DNA of 64,000 bases from an uncultured Gammaproteobacteria bacterium (GTDB taxonomy: Bacteria > Patescibacteriota > Microgenomatia > UBA12405). Position numbers and translations under genes: made by a program. The stretch lies in assembly GCA_964544275.1 (NCBI GenBank), contig CAZIZX010000004.1:20251-84250 (forward strand). The letters run 5' to 3'. The notes under the pieces were generated by a model. That model was given only the letters and a program-made list of their open reading frames with translations, was not told the DNA's origin and made no database searches. This document shows positions 38,811 through 47,846 of the stretch, in pieces. Position 1 is the stretch's first letter. Each line of letters begins with the position of its first letter.

Positions 38811-39445
38811 TAGCTAATTAGGCTTCTGGCTAATTCTAATGCCTTATCTGCCTTAACAATTCCGTCTTCAAAGTTCTTAGGAACTTCTTTAGTAAAGATT
38901 TCTTTTTGATGTTTTGGATTTACGAATAGAAGGTAGCAGGTATTAGCGTAGGCTCCATTTCTAAAAAACACACCTGGTTGAGTTCCCCATAAAGTGAAAC
39001 CAATTTTCTCAGCAACTTTTATTGCCCCGACATTTGGTTCACGCACATAAGCTCTAATAGTTGATCTATTTATTTGATCGCATGCAAACCAAATGCTAGC
39101 CAAACTCACTAAACTAGCAACTCCTTTGCCCCACCATTCCTGATCCCAGATAGCCAATCCCTGAGTACACGATCCAATATCATCAACTTCATTTAAACTG
39201 ACAATCCCTATTGGCTCGTTTGTATCAGTAGAAGCAATTATCCAAGCATAATCCCGATTTGATTTTGAAATTCTTTCATGCCACTCTTTTTCCATCTCTA
39301 TTGTTGGTGCCCCGATCAAAGTTGTCCATAGATTAGTTTTAAAGTTGGACAAGCCAGTCGAGATCTTCGGTATATCATCCGGAACTGCCGGTCTCAAACA
39401 AATACTTAGCTTCTCATTTTTAATGGAAAAATTCATACCAAACAT
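38807..39445 (-). CDS. GNAT-family N-acetyltransferase (RimJ/RimL-like)
   Basis: Acetyl-CoA motif 'QEWWGKGVASLVSLASI' and the 'VREPNVGAIKVAEKIGF' block. Confidence 0.65.
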   Translation of the reverse strand: MFGMNFSIKNEKLSICLRPAVPDDIPKISTGLSNFKTNLWTTLIGAPTIEMEKEWHERISKSNRDYAWIIASTDTNEPIGIVSLNEVDDIGSCTQGLAIWDQEWWGKGVASLVSLASIWFACDQINRSTIRAYVREPNVGAIKVAEKIGFTLWGTQPGVFFRNGAYANTCYLLFVNPKHQKEIFTKEVPKNFEDGIVKADKALELARSLISY

Positions 39446-39480
39446 AAAAAGTATTATACTACGCTTATTATTTTCAATAA

Positions 39481-40200
39481 ATGTTACATATGATAAAAGC
39501 TGTTATTTTTGATTTAGACGGGACAATTATCACTGAGGACCATATTCAAGAAGGTTTAAAGTATGTCTACCGCAGAAATTCAAAATTTCTTAAAGATATC
39601 AGCCTTTCTGCTTTTTTGTCAGCAAACGAAAAGGCTGTCCAGCATATAATTGAACTCCGTAAAAAAGGCTCAATACTGCTTCATCAAACCGGAATACGGA
39701 TATGGTATGAAGTTTTATCTGACCTAAATATACCGTTGAGTGCTGAACTAGTTTATTCCATGTACAAAGATTTACAGAAGTTTATTTTAGAAAACATTAA
39801 GCTAGATCCTGAATTCATTCCGTTGGTAGAAGAGATAAAAGCAAAGGGGATTAAAATTGGAATACTGTCAAATGGCCTGTTTATTGAGAGATTTGAGCGT
39901 GTAGCCAAAGTAAAAATTATTAATTACATTAATGTGTTGGTTTCTTCTGATATGTTGGGGGTTGAGAAGCCCAATATAAAAATATTTAAGTATATCTGCG
40001 ATTTATTAGAAGTCGATCCCAAGGAAACAGTCTATGTTGGCAATGATTCTTATCAGGACATAAGAGGTGCTCAAAACACTGGAATGATCCCAATATTACT
40101 TGCCAAGAAAGGAGTTGAAGAACAAAAAACACTGGGATCGGTTACGATAGCCAGAAGTTTTGGAGAAATCCAAAAAATTTTAAACAATTTAATACCTTAA
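39481..40200 (+). CDS. HAD-superfamily hydrolase
   Basis: Motif I 'AVIFDLDGTII', 'GILSNG' (motif II region) and 'VGNDSYQDIRGAQNTG' (motif IV). Confidence 0.8.
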   Translation: MLHMIKAVIFDLDGTIITEDHIQEGLKYVYRRNSKFLKDISLSAFLSANEKAVQHIIELRKKGSILLHQTGIRIWYEVLSDLNIPLSAELVYSMYKDLQKFILENIKLDPEFIPLVEEIKAKGIKIGILSNGLFIERFERVAKVKIINYINVLVSSDMLGVEKPNIKIFKYICDLLEVDPKETVYVGNDSYQDIRGAQNTGMIPILLAKKGVEEQKTLGSVTIARSFGEIQKILNNLIP

Positions 40201-40947
40201 TTCATCATCGCAAATACTTATTTTTCCTTTTTCAAAAAAGTCATTAAATTCAATATATAAATTTGATACCACATTCCTCAGTTCATTAACTGAATATGAT
40301 TCCCCTTTGACAAATTTTTTACCCCAGGCTTGAAACGAAGGAAAATTTTGTTTTAGCTCAATCGAATCCTGAACTCGAGTCAAAGTTGTTTTATATTGAT
40401 GCTTATTTATTAAACCTACATAGCTCACTACTTTCCAAAATAAATAATCAGCCAAAGCATACATTCGGACTGTGTCTTCCCGGTCAGATGAATTGAAAAA
40501 TTTGCAAAACGTTTCGTATATATGATTAACGAACTCTTTTTTAAGATAAATACCAAAATCTTGTTTTATTACCTCTTTAAAATGGTTTTTGAATTCACTA
40601 ATTATTAATTCGTTGCCATAAATTACTTTTCCGTCCAAGTAAGTTCCCAGTCGTAATGGCCAAATAAGATCTATTTCACCGATGTCTTTGTAAACCAGAT
40701 TTTTGCCAAGCATTATAGTTTGGTACTTATGACCATTGAAAATTCCTTCAAATGTTTCTTTAAAATCAGGCGATTTCATTATAACTGTCAACTCAACATC
40801 TGAATATTTATCATCCTCATTTCTGCACACCGAGCCATATAAAATTATTGCCTCAATTTCACCTTTATATTTATCTCTAATTAATTCAACGAGACTATTA
40901 ATAAAGTCAACTCTTTCATCGTGTGTTTTTATAAATGGGTAGATCAT
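40189..40947 (-). CDS. ANT(4')/kanamycin-nucleotidyltransferase-like nucleotidyltransferase (Pol-beta superfamily)
   Basis: 'THDERVDFINSLVELIRDKYKGEIEAIILYGSVCRNEDDKYSDVELTVIM' aligns by eye with the KNTase N-terminus ('REERMKIVHEIKERILDKYGDDVKAIGVYGSLGRQTDGPYSDIEMMCVM'). GS...DxD NTase motif. 252 aa. Confidence 0.6.
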   Translation of the reverse strand: MIYPFIKTHDERVDFINSLVELIRDKYKGEIEAIILYGSVCRNEDDKYSDVELTVIMKSPDFKETFEGIFNGHKYQTIMLGKNLVYKDIGEIDLIWPLRLGTYLDGKVIYGNELIISEFKNHFKEVIKQDFGIYLKKEFVNHIYETFCKFFNSSDREDTVRMYALADYLFWKVVSYVGLINKHQYKTTLTRVQDSIELKQNFPSFQAWGKKFVKGESYSVNELRNVVSNLYIEFNDFFEKGKISICDDELRY

Positions 40948-40964
40948 ATTTTGCTGAATAAATA

Positions 40965-42473
40965 TTAGTTTTTAAATTGGGATTGAATAGACTCAATCAA
41001 CTGTTTTCTGATTATCTTGCCGCTACTGGTTCTAGGAAAATTGCTAATCCAAAAAAATCTTTTTGGGATTTTATTGGGGGGTAATTTTTGTTTAAAAACT
41101 TGTGATAGGTAGTTTTCATTTTCTTGGTGGCTAGGCTCATCATTTTCAGCTTTAGTTTCTATACAAAGAATTACTTTTTTAACATTGTCAATTTCAATGC
41201 TCCCTGCGACAACCACTAAAGCAGGATCTTCTCTCTTTACAACATTTTCAATTTCCTGCGGGTAAATATTTTCCCCATTTATCGTAAACATGTCATCTGT
41301 TCTACCTATCAAATATAGGTAGCCATCTTCATCGAGATATCCAGTGTCGTTTGTATGATGATATCCCAATTCATCAGAACACGCTGCAATCTTGCCGTCC
41401 TTAATATAGCCTAATGAGGTATTGTGGCCGGATGTTAATACTTCACCTTTTTGGAAAGGTTCACTTTCAATTTTATTGTTTTCAATATTGAGAATTTTGG
41501 TGTTGCACCCCTTAATCGCTTTTCCTACTGAGTTGGCTTTCCATAAGAAGTATTGTGAGGAGGTATGCAAAGGTGATAACTCAGTTTTGCCATATGCCTG
41601 ATATAAGTGTTTGCCAGTATTTTCATACCATTTCTTCTCAGTGGTAGCAGACAAGTAATCTGCCCCGCATAAAAAATATCTAAAATTTTCTAAACATTTT
41701 TTTACCTTCGCTGGATCTGATAAAAGCAAATCATAAACAGCAGGAATTCCAAATAGTGTATTGGCTTTTGAATCTTCCAGTTTTGCGAAGATTCCATCAG
41801 GGTCGGATAGTTTTATGTTGTCCAAATATAAGGTAGAACCGCAAAATATTGAGGCATTAAATATTACATTCTGCCCATAGCAATGGTAAAAAGGTAAAAA
41901 GCAAAAAATCTTATCTTCTGGGTGTATACCACAGTAGAAAGTAGCCATTTTCCGGTTATAAATTACATTCAAATGAGATAAGGCTACGGCTTTGGGTATA
42001 TTAGTAGTACCCGACGTAAATTGTATTGTCGCCAAATCATTGTATTGCTTATCTTCAATAATTAGGTCGGATTCAAAGTCCAAGCCGATTAACTTATCAA
42101 CTTCAACAATTTTTCTTTTTTGATTTAGTTTTTTGGAATATTCAGAATTTGTAAATATGAATTTTAAATCAAGCTTATTTACAACAGTCTCAATTAATTC
42201 CTCTGGCCAGTTTTGATTCAAAGATACTACGATATTTCCAGTTGCCAGAATTGAATAGTAGGCTACTATCCAGTCTATGCTATTTGGCATAAGTATTGCT
42301 AGCTTGTTGTCTTGGGAATTTTTTAGTGTCTCTCGAATATATTTTGATAAAGCGGCTACTTTAGTAGCTAATTGACCATAAGTAATATTGTCTTTGCTGA
42401 CCATGTCGACAACAGCCACCTCTTTTTCGAGGGTCAGTTTTTGCTCTTCAATTATTAAAGCTATGTTCGGCAT
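40965..42473 (-). CDS. AMP-dependent synthetase/ligase (adenylate-forming enzyme)
   Basis: 'FTSGTTNIPKAV' (A3), 'YGKTE' (A5), 'GYIKDG...DTGYLDEDGYLYLIGRTDDMF' (A7/A8) and the C-terminal 'SSGKIIRK' (A10). Confidence 0.85.
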   Translation of the reverse strand: MPNIALIIEEQKLTLEKEVAVVDMVSKDNITYGQLATKVAALSKYIRETLKNSQDNKLAILMPNSIDWIVAYYSILATGNIVVSLNQNWPEELIETVVNKLDLKFIFTNSEYSKKLNQKRKIVEVDKLIGLDFESDLIIEDKQYNDLATIQFTSGTTNIPKAVALSHLNVIYNRKMATFYCGIHPEDKIFCFLPFYHCYGQNVIFNASIFCGSTLYLDNIKLSDPDGIFAKLEDSKANTLFGIPAVYDLLLSDPAKVKKCLENFRYFLCGADYLSATTEKKWYENTGKHLYQAYGKTELSPLHTSSQYFLWKANSVGKAIKGCNTKILNIENNKIESEPFQKGEVLTSGHNTSLGYIKDGKIAACSDELGYHHTNDTGYLDEDGYLYLIGRTDDMFTINGENIYPQEIENVVKREDPALVVVAGSIEIDNVKKVILCIETKAENDEPSHQENENYLSQVFKQKLPPNKIPKRFFWISNFPRTSSGKIIRKQLIESIQSQFKN

Positions 42474-42486
42474 ATTATAAAGGTTA

Positions 42487-43122
42487 TTAATTAATTATTA
42501 TTTGAAGTATCTTTGATTTTTGATAACAATCCTCAATAGAATCTGGTTGCCACCAACCTTGGAGCTCGCTATTAGGTATCAATACTTTGTCTGCACAGGG
42601 AATCCTACCCGGACTAAATCTCCAACCCATAGGCCATAAGTCAACAGATTGATCAGGTTTGCCTTCGCGAACTTGTAGCGGCATACTGCCACTAAACTTT
42701 AAACCGAGCCGTGATTCGATAGCTAAATTTATAGCTACATGGTGGAACTGGTTTGGTAATCCCGGCACACCGACTAATAGCCTTGGTTTAAAAGCCTCCT
42801 CTCTTGTTACCAGATCTCTGTCGTAAACATAACTGGCATTTTTGATTACCCACCGGCTTTCTTCAGGATGTGATTGAAAGAACGATGTGTACCCTTCAAC
42901 ATATACTTCTTCAAATACCTGGTCAAAATCAACAACTCGGCCATTCGAATATCTCCATCTAACTCTCCAGTTATTTAATCCGTATTTCTCTGTCAATTCG
43001 GCTTCAATTCTGTCTCTATCTCTCCCAAAGAAGCCAATATTTTCTATAGTTTCCCATGCTTCGACATCTGACATTCTGTAATAATAACACCAAATCCATA
43101 TTATTGAATGTTTAGTTGGCAA
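42487..43122 (-). CDS. Hypothetical protein (211 aa)
   Basis: Protein-like composition, co-directional and tightly spaced with the AMP-ligase. No motif recognised. The probable start is the internal 'MSDVEAW'. Confidence 0.3.
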   Translation of the reverse strand: MPTKHSIIWIWCYYYRMSDVEAWETIENIGFFGRDRDRIEAELTEKYGLNNWRVRWRYSNGRVVDFDQVFEEVYVEGYTSFFQSHPEESRWVIKNASYVYDRDLVTREEAFKPRLLVGVPGLPNQFHHVAINLAIESRLGLKFSGSMPLQVREGKPDQSVDLWPMGWRFSPGRIPCADKVLIPNSELQGWWQPDSIEDCYQKSKILQIIIN

Positions 43123-43181
43123 GATCCACTATAATCATAGTACTACATAAAGTCTTCGTCATATACTGTCAAGCAATGGCT

Positions 43182-44033
43182 TTATTTTATATCTTTATCC
43201 AGGACGACTAGGTGTGGAATTGATAATTTTATCAAGTCATCTTTCAGTTTAGATAATCCGACATAAATGCCTGGGTGACATTCACTCATTTTCTTTTTGC
43301 TTCCACAAACACATTTTTTGTAACCTTTGATATTTTTCCTCTTTTTGAGCATTTGCTGAAGAGTGAACTTTTCTTCAGACCGAATTACCATCGAAAACAC
43401 TTTCTCCGTTTTCTCTCGTGAATGAGAATGTGTCTCCCCGTATTTCTCGATAATCCCTAATACGCCGTGAGCATATTCTCCCCAAGGCCAGTGTCGGTAC
43501 CTTTGGTAAAAAGTCTGCTCGTAAAAAAATGGAATAACCATCTGGTTAATGAATTCACTCAACTTAAATCCTGAGGGGAAGTATTCAACTTCAGCCCCCG
43601 CCACACACAGACAAACTGCCCCGTTTGGATTAACGTGAAGATCCGGCAGGTCAATTAAGTTACCCTTGGCGAAGCTCTCAATTTTTTTATCGACTTCAAA
43701 CACATGTGGCAGTTTTGAGGATGGAGTAGAGGTGAATGTCATTTTTATCTGGTATTCATCCTCAACATAGACTCCATTGCTTTGCCCGCCCGCCTGTGGT
43801 CCTATTAAAAACGAGTTATCTGAATTGTTGTAGCTCATAGCAAATTTCAAATTGCCTTGAATTTCATCAACCCCATCAACCCGTCTATCCGCAGTCAATA
43901 GAGGATGGTATTTTTTGAGCCACCCTAGATCTTTGATGGCGAGCCTTAGGTCAAAAGGTTCTCCACGGTTTGGGCGGTGAATGTCCGACATAGACGTTTT
44001 GGGTAAACTGCTTATTATCCTCAAGCTCTTCAT
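43182..44033 (-). CDS. Hypothetical protein (283 aa) with a SEC-C-like metal-binding motif
   Basis: 'KKCVCGSKKKMSECHPG' matches the SEC-C 'CxCGSxKKxKxCC/H' motif. The rest is unassigned. Confidence 0.35.
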   Translation of the reverse strand: MKSLRIISSLPKTSMSDIHRPNRGEPFDLRLAIKDLGWLKKYHPLLTADRRVDGVDEIQGNLKFAMSYNNSDNSFLIGPQAGGQSNGVYVEDEYQIKMTFTSTPSSKLPHVFEVDKKIESFAKGNLIDLPDLHVNPNGAVCLCVAGAEVEYFPSGFKLSEFINQMVIPFFYEQTFYQRYRHWPWGEYAHGVLGIIEKYGETHSHSREKTEKVFSMVIRSEEKFTLQQMLKKRKNIKGYKKCVCGSKKKMSECHPGIYVGLSKLKDDLIKLSIPHLVVLDKDIK

Positions 44034-44289
44034 TGAATATCATTTTCCAATAAGAAAGCGATCCCTCAATATTTCCATCGGATTCCTTATCGACGGCATT
44101 GGAGATTATTTCGTGAAGAGACTGAATTTTTCCCTTGATCGATTCTCTTGTCCAATCGTCCCAATCATCAAGGAAAAATCACCCGAAGAGAGGATTAGAG
44201 GCTATGTGATCCATGTCCTAAAAACTGGATTCTCGGAAGAAAAACAGGATATATTGACACTATTTAAGACAAGATTTATTTTAGAAGAC

Positions 44290-44332
44290 AAGCAAATAAG
44301 TATTTCCCCGAGGCCAGCCTCTGGCCTCGGGG
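44290..44332 (-). terminator. Strong hairpin terminator (perfect 12-bp GC-rich stem CCCCGAGGCCAG/CTGGCCTCGGGG, 3-nt loop) downstream of the HNH gene
   Basis: The stem is at 44306-44332, 15 nt past the HNH stop on the minus strand, followed by a T-rich tract (TTATTTGCTTGTCTTC). Confidence 0.45.
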
Positions 44333-44346
44333 AATGAAAGCCAACT

Positions 44347-44622
44347 TTAAATCAAGTTGCCACCTTTTACACTGTTATTGTGCCAGTTAAGAGGCTGAAG
44401 ATTAGAATAATGGTCCGATCCACCCTTTGAAACCGGGATGATATGATCAATTTCCCAACCATATTCCGAATTTCGGTTGCCATAATCGACAAATCGCATC
44501 GCAGTACCAAATTTGTCAAAACGGTATTCATTACTCACATCAATGCCGTCTCTGGTGGCTGGACCACCTTTGTTCCAAACAAATAATTTAACTTGATCAG
44601 TAATACTAATTTGATTTAACAT
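44347..44622 (-). CDS. Small HNH endonuclease
   Basis: 'EIDHIIPVSKGGSDHYSNLQPLNWHNN' is the canonical HNH motif (DH...N...H/N). 91 aa. Confidence 0.8.
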   Translation of the reverse strand: MLNQISITDQVKLFVWNKGGPATRDGIDVSNEYRFDKFGTAMRFVDYGNRNSEYGWEIDHIIPVSKGGSDHYSNLQPLNWHNNSVKGGNLI

Positions 44623-44685
44623 TTTTTAATTAATAATTATAAATTGCAAAATCTTCCAGAACCGATACAATGAATGTTGAAGTGG

Positions 44686-44727
44686 AAAAGACGTCTGAGA
44701 AGATTTTATCTTAGGCGTCTTTTTTAT
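44686..44727 (-). terminator. Candidate terminator 3' of tRNA-Asp
   Basis: AAAAGACG...CGTCTTTT outer stem with an inner AAGAT/ATCTT stem, flanked by T/A runs. It lies ~280 nt downstream of the tRNA-Asp 3' end on the minus strand. Confidence 0.35.
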
Positions 44728-45004
44728 TGGGTTAATTCGGGCATGATTATATTAAACCTATAATTACGCCAGATATATTTGAACCTCATATCTAGCGTTC
44801 GAAGATATAATATTCACTACCACTAGTGTGTGTCAACTGCAAATTAATAGTACAAAGATGATCAAAGTTCCGGTAAATACCGGACGCATCCCCTCAAGGA
44901 CATGGGTCTGGAACGAAATTGAAGCTAAACAGGAACAAATAGAAAAATGGTCAAGGGAGTAGCATCACCTATATTACATGGAACTATCGGGAACAAGCAA
45001 ACAT

Positions 45005-45081
45005 TGGCGGGCCCAATGGGATTCGAACCCACGATCTTCCGCGTGACAGGCGGATGTGCTAGACCGCTGCACCATGGGCCC
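45005..45081 (-). tRNA. tRNA-Asp(GTC), CCA encoded
   Basis: The reverse complement folds as a cloverleaf: acceptor GGGCCCA/TGGGCCC, anticodon loop CTGTCAC, T-loop TTCGAAT, discriminator G plus CCA. Confidence 0.85.
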
Positions 45082-45218
45082 TGCTACAAAAAGTACATGA
45101 TACTATACCAAACCTCCCTCAAGCTGACAACCAGTAGGAAAATACTAAATGCCAAGCCTTAGACGCAAACTTAAACCCGTTCATGGCCTTTATTTAAAAA
45201 ATTTTCTATAATTAACAC

Positions 45219-46256
45219 ATGTACCTCGAAAAAGAAAATTACACCAATAGTGAGATTGGAGAATTGCTGGAAAATATCGCTACCGCCTACGAAATCAAGA
45301 ACAAAAATTTTTTCAGAATTATTTCCTACCAAAATGCTGCTGAAACCATCTTTAATCAAACCCGACCAGTCCAAAAATTATGGCAAAAAGACAAATCTCT
45401 TCTTGACCAATTACCAGGAATTGGCGAAAATATCCTAGAAAAATTAGATTATCTCTTCACTCACCACGATCTTCACCCGGCTATCAAAAAAGCATTTTCC
45501 AACATCCACCCGGTTGTCTTCACTTTTACCAAAATCACCGGAGTTGGCCCCAAAACTGCTCACAAGCTGACTAAAAACCTTGAGTTTAAGGAAGACCCCG
45601 AAGATGCCCTGGAACAATTGGTTGAGTACGCCCAGCAAGAAAAAATTCGCCACTTTCCTGATTTCGGCCAACGTTCAGAGGAACTCATCCTAGAAAACAC
45701 TCTTAACTTTATGGGGCGGCAAAAAAGAATGAGCTTAAGTCAAGCCCAAAAAATTTCCGACAAACTTATTAAATATCTGAAGAAAGAATTTCCAGACACC
45801 GAGTTTATCCCGCTTGGCTCCCTCCGAAGAAAAGCCTCGTCTGTCGGAGATATCGATATCGCCGTCAAAAGTACTGAAACTGAAAAAATTCTGGAGCATT
45901 TTATTAATTATCCCGACAATATCCAAACAATTACCCAAGGTCCCAAAAAAGCCTCCATCAAAATCAGAAACGATATCAGAGTCGATTTAATGGTCCAACC
46001 ACCCCAAACCTTTGGTTCTCTTCTGCAACATTTTACCGGCTCCCGTCAACACAACATCCTGCTTCGGCGCTATGCCCAAAACTTGGGCTACAGCCTGTCC
46101 GAGTACGGTATCAAAGACTTGCGTACCGACAAAATTAACACTTTTGACAATGAAACCGATTTTTATAACTTCCTCAAACTCTGTTACATTGAGCCGGAAA
46201 ATAGAATAGGGGAATATGAAATCGAAGAAGCTCAAAAATGTTATACTAAAAAATAA
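45219..46256 (+). CDS. DNA polymerase X family (pol-beta-like core, no PHP domain)
   Basis: HhH 'LPGIGENILEKL'. NTase motif 'GSLRRKASSVGDIDIAV'. 345 aa, corresponding to the pol-beta 8-kDa, fingers, palm and thumb regions. Confidence 0.7.
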   Translation: MYLEKENYTNSEIGELLENIATAYEIKNKNFFRIISYQNAAETIFNQTRPVQKLWQKDKSLLDQLPGIGENILEKLDYLFTHHDLHPAIKKAFSNIHPVVFTFTKITGVGPKTAHKLTKNLEFKEDPEDALEQLVEYAQQEKIRHFPDFGQRSEELILENTLNFMGRQKRMSLSQAQKISDKLIKYLKKEFPDTEFIPLGSLRRKASSVGDIDIAVKSTETEKILEHFINYPDNIQTITQGPKKASIKIRNDIRVDLMVQPPQTFGSLLQHFTGSRQHNILLRRYAQNLGYSLSEYGIKDLRTDKINTFDNETDFYNFLKLCYIEPENRIGEYEIEEAQKCYTKK

Positions 46257-46278
46257 TAATTAATTTTTAAAACCAAAG

Positions 46279-46860
46279 ATGACTATCGTAATTATCGCTA
46301 TTTTAGCTTTGTTAGTACTTTTCGTCATCGGTTTTTTCAACCGAATGAAAACTTATCAAGTCAGAATTAAGGCTTCGGTCCAGGAAATTGGTAACCAGCT
46401 AAAACGCCAAGCTAATCTTATTCCTAATTTAGTCGATTCTGCCAAAGGTTACATGAAGCACGAAAAAGGGATATTTGATAACTTAACCGACGCCCGAAAA
46501 ATGATTGCTCAGGCCGTCGATACCAACGACACCAAAAAACTTGATCAGTCGCAAGAAATGATCGGCAAAGCTCTCGGAGCTCTTCGTGTAATTGTCGAAA
46601 GTAATCCTGAAATAAAAGCCTCCGAAGTTGTCTCCAACCTAATGAATGAATTGCGTGATACCTCCGATAAAATCATGTATGCCCGTCGCACTCTCATCGA
46701 TTTAACCGCTGACTACAACACTGCCATCCACACCATCCCTGGTATTTGGTTAGCTTCACTGTTCGGTTTCCAAGAAGAAAAAGGTCTACAAACAGCCTTG
46801 GAAGGTGAACATATCCAAGTATCGGAATCTGACACCAAAAACCCCACTGTCAGCCTTTAA
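46279..46860 (+). CDS. lemA: LemA family protein
   Basis: N-terminal TM helix plus 'QVRIKASVQEIGNQLKRQANLIPNLV' and 'RRTLIDLTADYNTAI', typical of LemA. Confidence 0.85.
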   Translation: MTIVIIAILALLVLFVIGFFNRMKTYQVRIKASVQEIGNQLKRQANLIPNLVDSAKGYMKHEKGIFDNLTDARKMIAQAVDTNDTKKLDQSQEMIGKALGALRVIVESNPEIKASEVVSNLMNELRDTSDKIMYARRTLIDLTADYNTAIHTIPGIWLASLFGFQEEKGLQTALEGEHIQVSESDTKNPTVSL

Positions 46861-47749
46861 CTCTATGCTCAACGTCTACGAACAGGTATCAAGCAACAAG
46901 CTTAGGTCCAATGTAATTATGCTTCTTTTTGTCACCTTCATCGTTGGTGTCGCCTATGCCATTTCTTATGCTTTCGAATTGGGTACACCTTTCATAATTT
47001 TCGCCTTTATCTTCTCCATAGTTTCTGCCGGAATCAGTTATCTGTGGGGCGACAAGATCGTACTCGGCCTCAACAAAGCTCGACCGGCTTCCCGTCAGGA
47101 ATTTTTCGATTTTTACACCATTACCGAGAATTTAAGCTTAGGCCAAGGAACTCCCATGCCCCAAATTTATGTCATCGACAGCCCCGCCATGAACGCCTTT
47201 GCCACTGGCCGTGATCCCAAAAATTCTGTTATTTGTGCCACCACCGGCCTCCTTCAAAAACTGAACCGAACCCAGCTTGAGGGCGTAATTGCTCACGAAT
47301 TGTCCCATATCCAAAACTACGACATCCGTCTTATGACCATCGTCAGCATCCTCATCGGTTCGCTTTCAATTCTTATCAATGTCGCTTCAAGAAGCATGTT
47401 TTACCGCCCTCGCGGCCGGGACAGAAACAATTCTAGTGGAATTTTCATGATTGTCGGCTTAGTTCTAATAATATTTGCCCCCATAATTGCTCAGTTAATT
47501 CAACTGGCTATTTCCCGAAGGAGGGAATATTTAGCCGACGCTTCTGGGGTTAAACTAACTCGTCAACCCCAAGGATTAATTGAAGCCCTAAAAATTATTG
47601 CCGCTGACTCAAATCCTTTCAAAACGGCCTCCACTGCCACTGCTTCACTTTACATCAAAAACCCGTTTAAAGGCGACAAAATCGCCAGTCTTTTTTCTAC
47701 CCACCCGCCCATCGAAGAAAGAATCAAAACACTGGAACAAATGCTTTAA
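46805..47749 (+). CDS. HtpX-like M48 zinc metalloprotease
   Basis: HExxH 'IAHELSHIQNYD'. Four TM helices. The likely true start is the internal Met at ~46865, just after the lemA stop. Confidence 0.75.
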   Translation: MNISKYRNLTPKTPLSAFNSMLNVYEQVSSNKLRSNVIMLLFVTFIVGVAYAISYAFELGTPFIIFAFIFSIVSAGISYLWGDKIVLGLNKARPASRQEFFDFYTITENLSLGQGTPMPQIYVIDSPAMNAFATGRDPKNSVICATTGLLQKLNRTQLEGVIAHELSHIQNYDIRLMTIVSILIGSLSILINVASRSMFYRPRGRDRNNSSGIFMIVGLVLIIFAPIIAQLIQLAISRRREYLADASGVKLTRQPQGLIEALKIIAADSNPFKTASTATASLYIKNPFKGDKIASLFSTHPPIEERIKTLEQML

Positions 47750-47846
47750 ATCTAGACCATTTTAGTTTATATTAAAGTAACCCTGCCTCAAATATAGTGC
47801 CCCACTGTATCTTGAAACAATTACCTTAATCCTGCAAAATTAAACC

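Noticed and set aside
43981-44337. Listed + strand 118-aa ORF between the 283-aa gene and the HNH gene
   Set aside because: It overlaps the 5' end of the minus-strand 283-aa gene and runs into the terminator hairpin. No motif is present. It is more likely the promoter/terminator spacer of the minus-strand genes.
47805-47820. CTGT-N8-ACAA upstream of dnaE, resembling an E. coli-type SOS box
   Set aside because: It is one mismatch from the CTGT-N8-ACAG consensus and has a different spacing from the lexA-proximal TGTTAT-N6-ATAACA dyad. A single occurrence cannot be distinguished from chance in AT-rich DNA.
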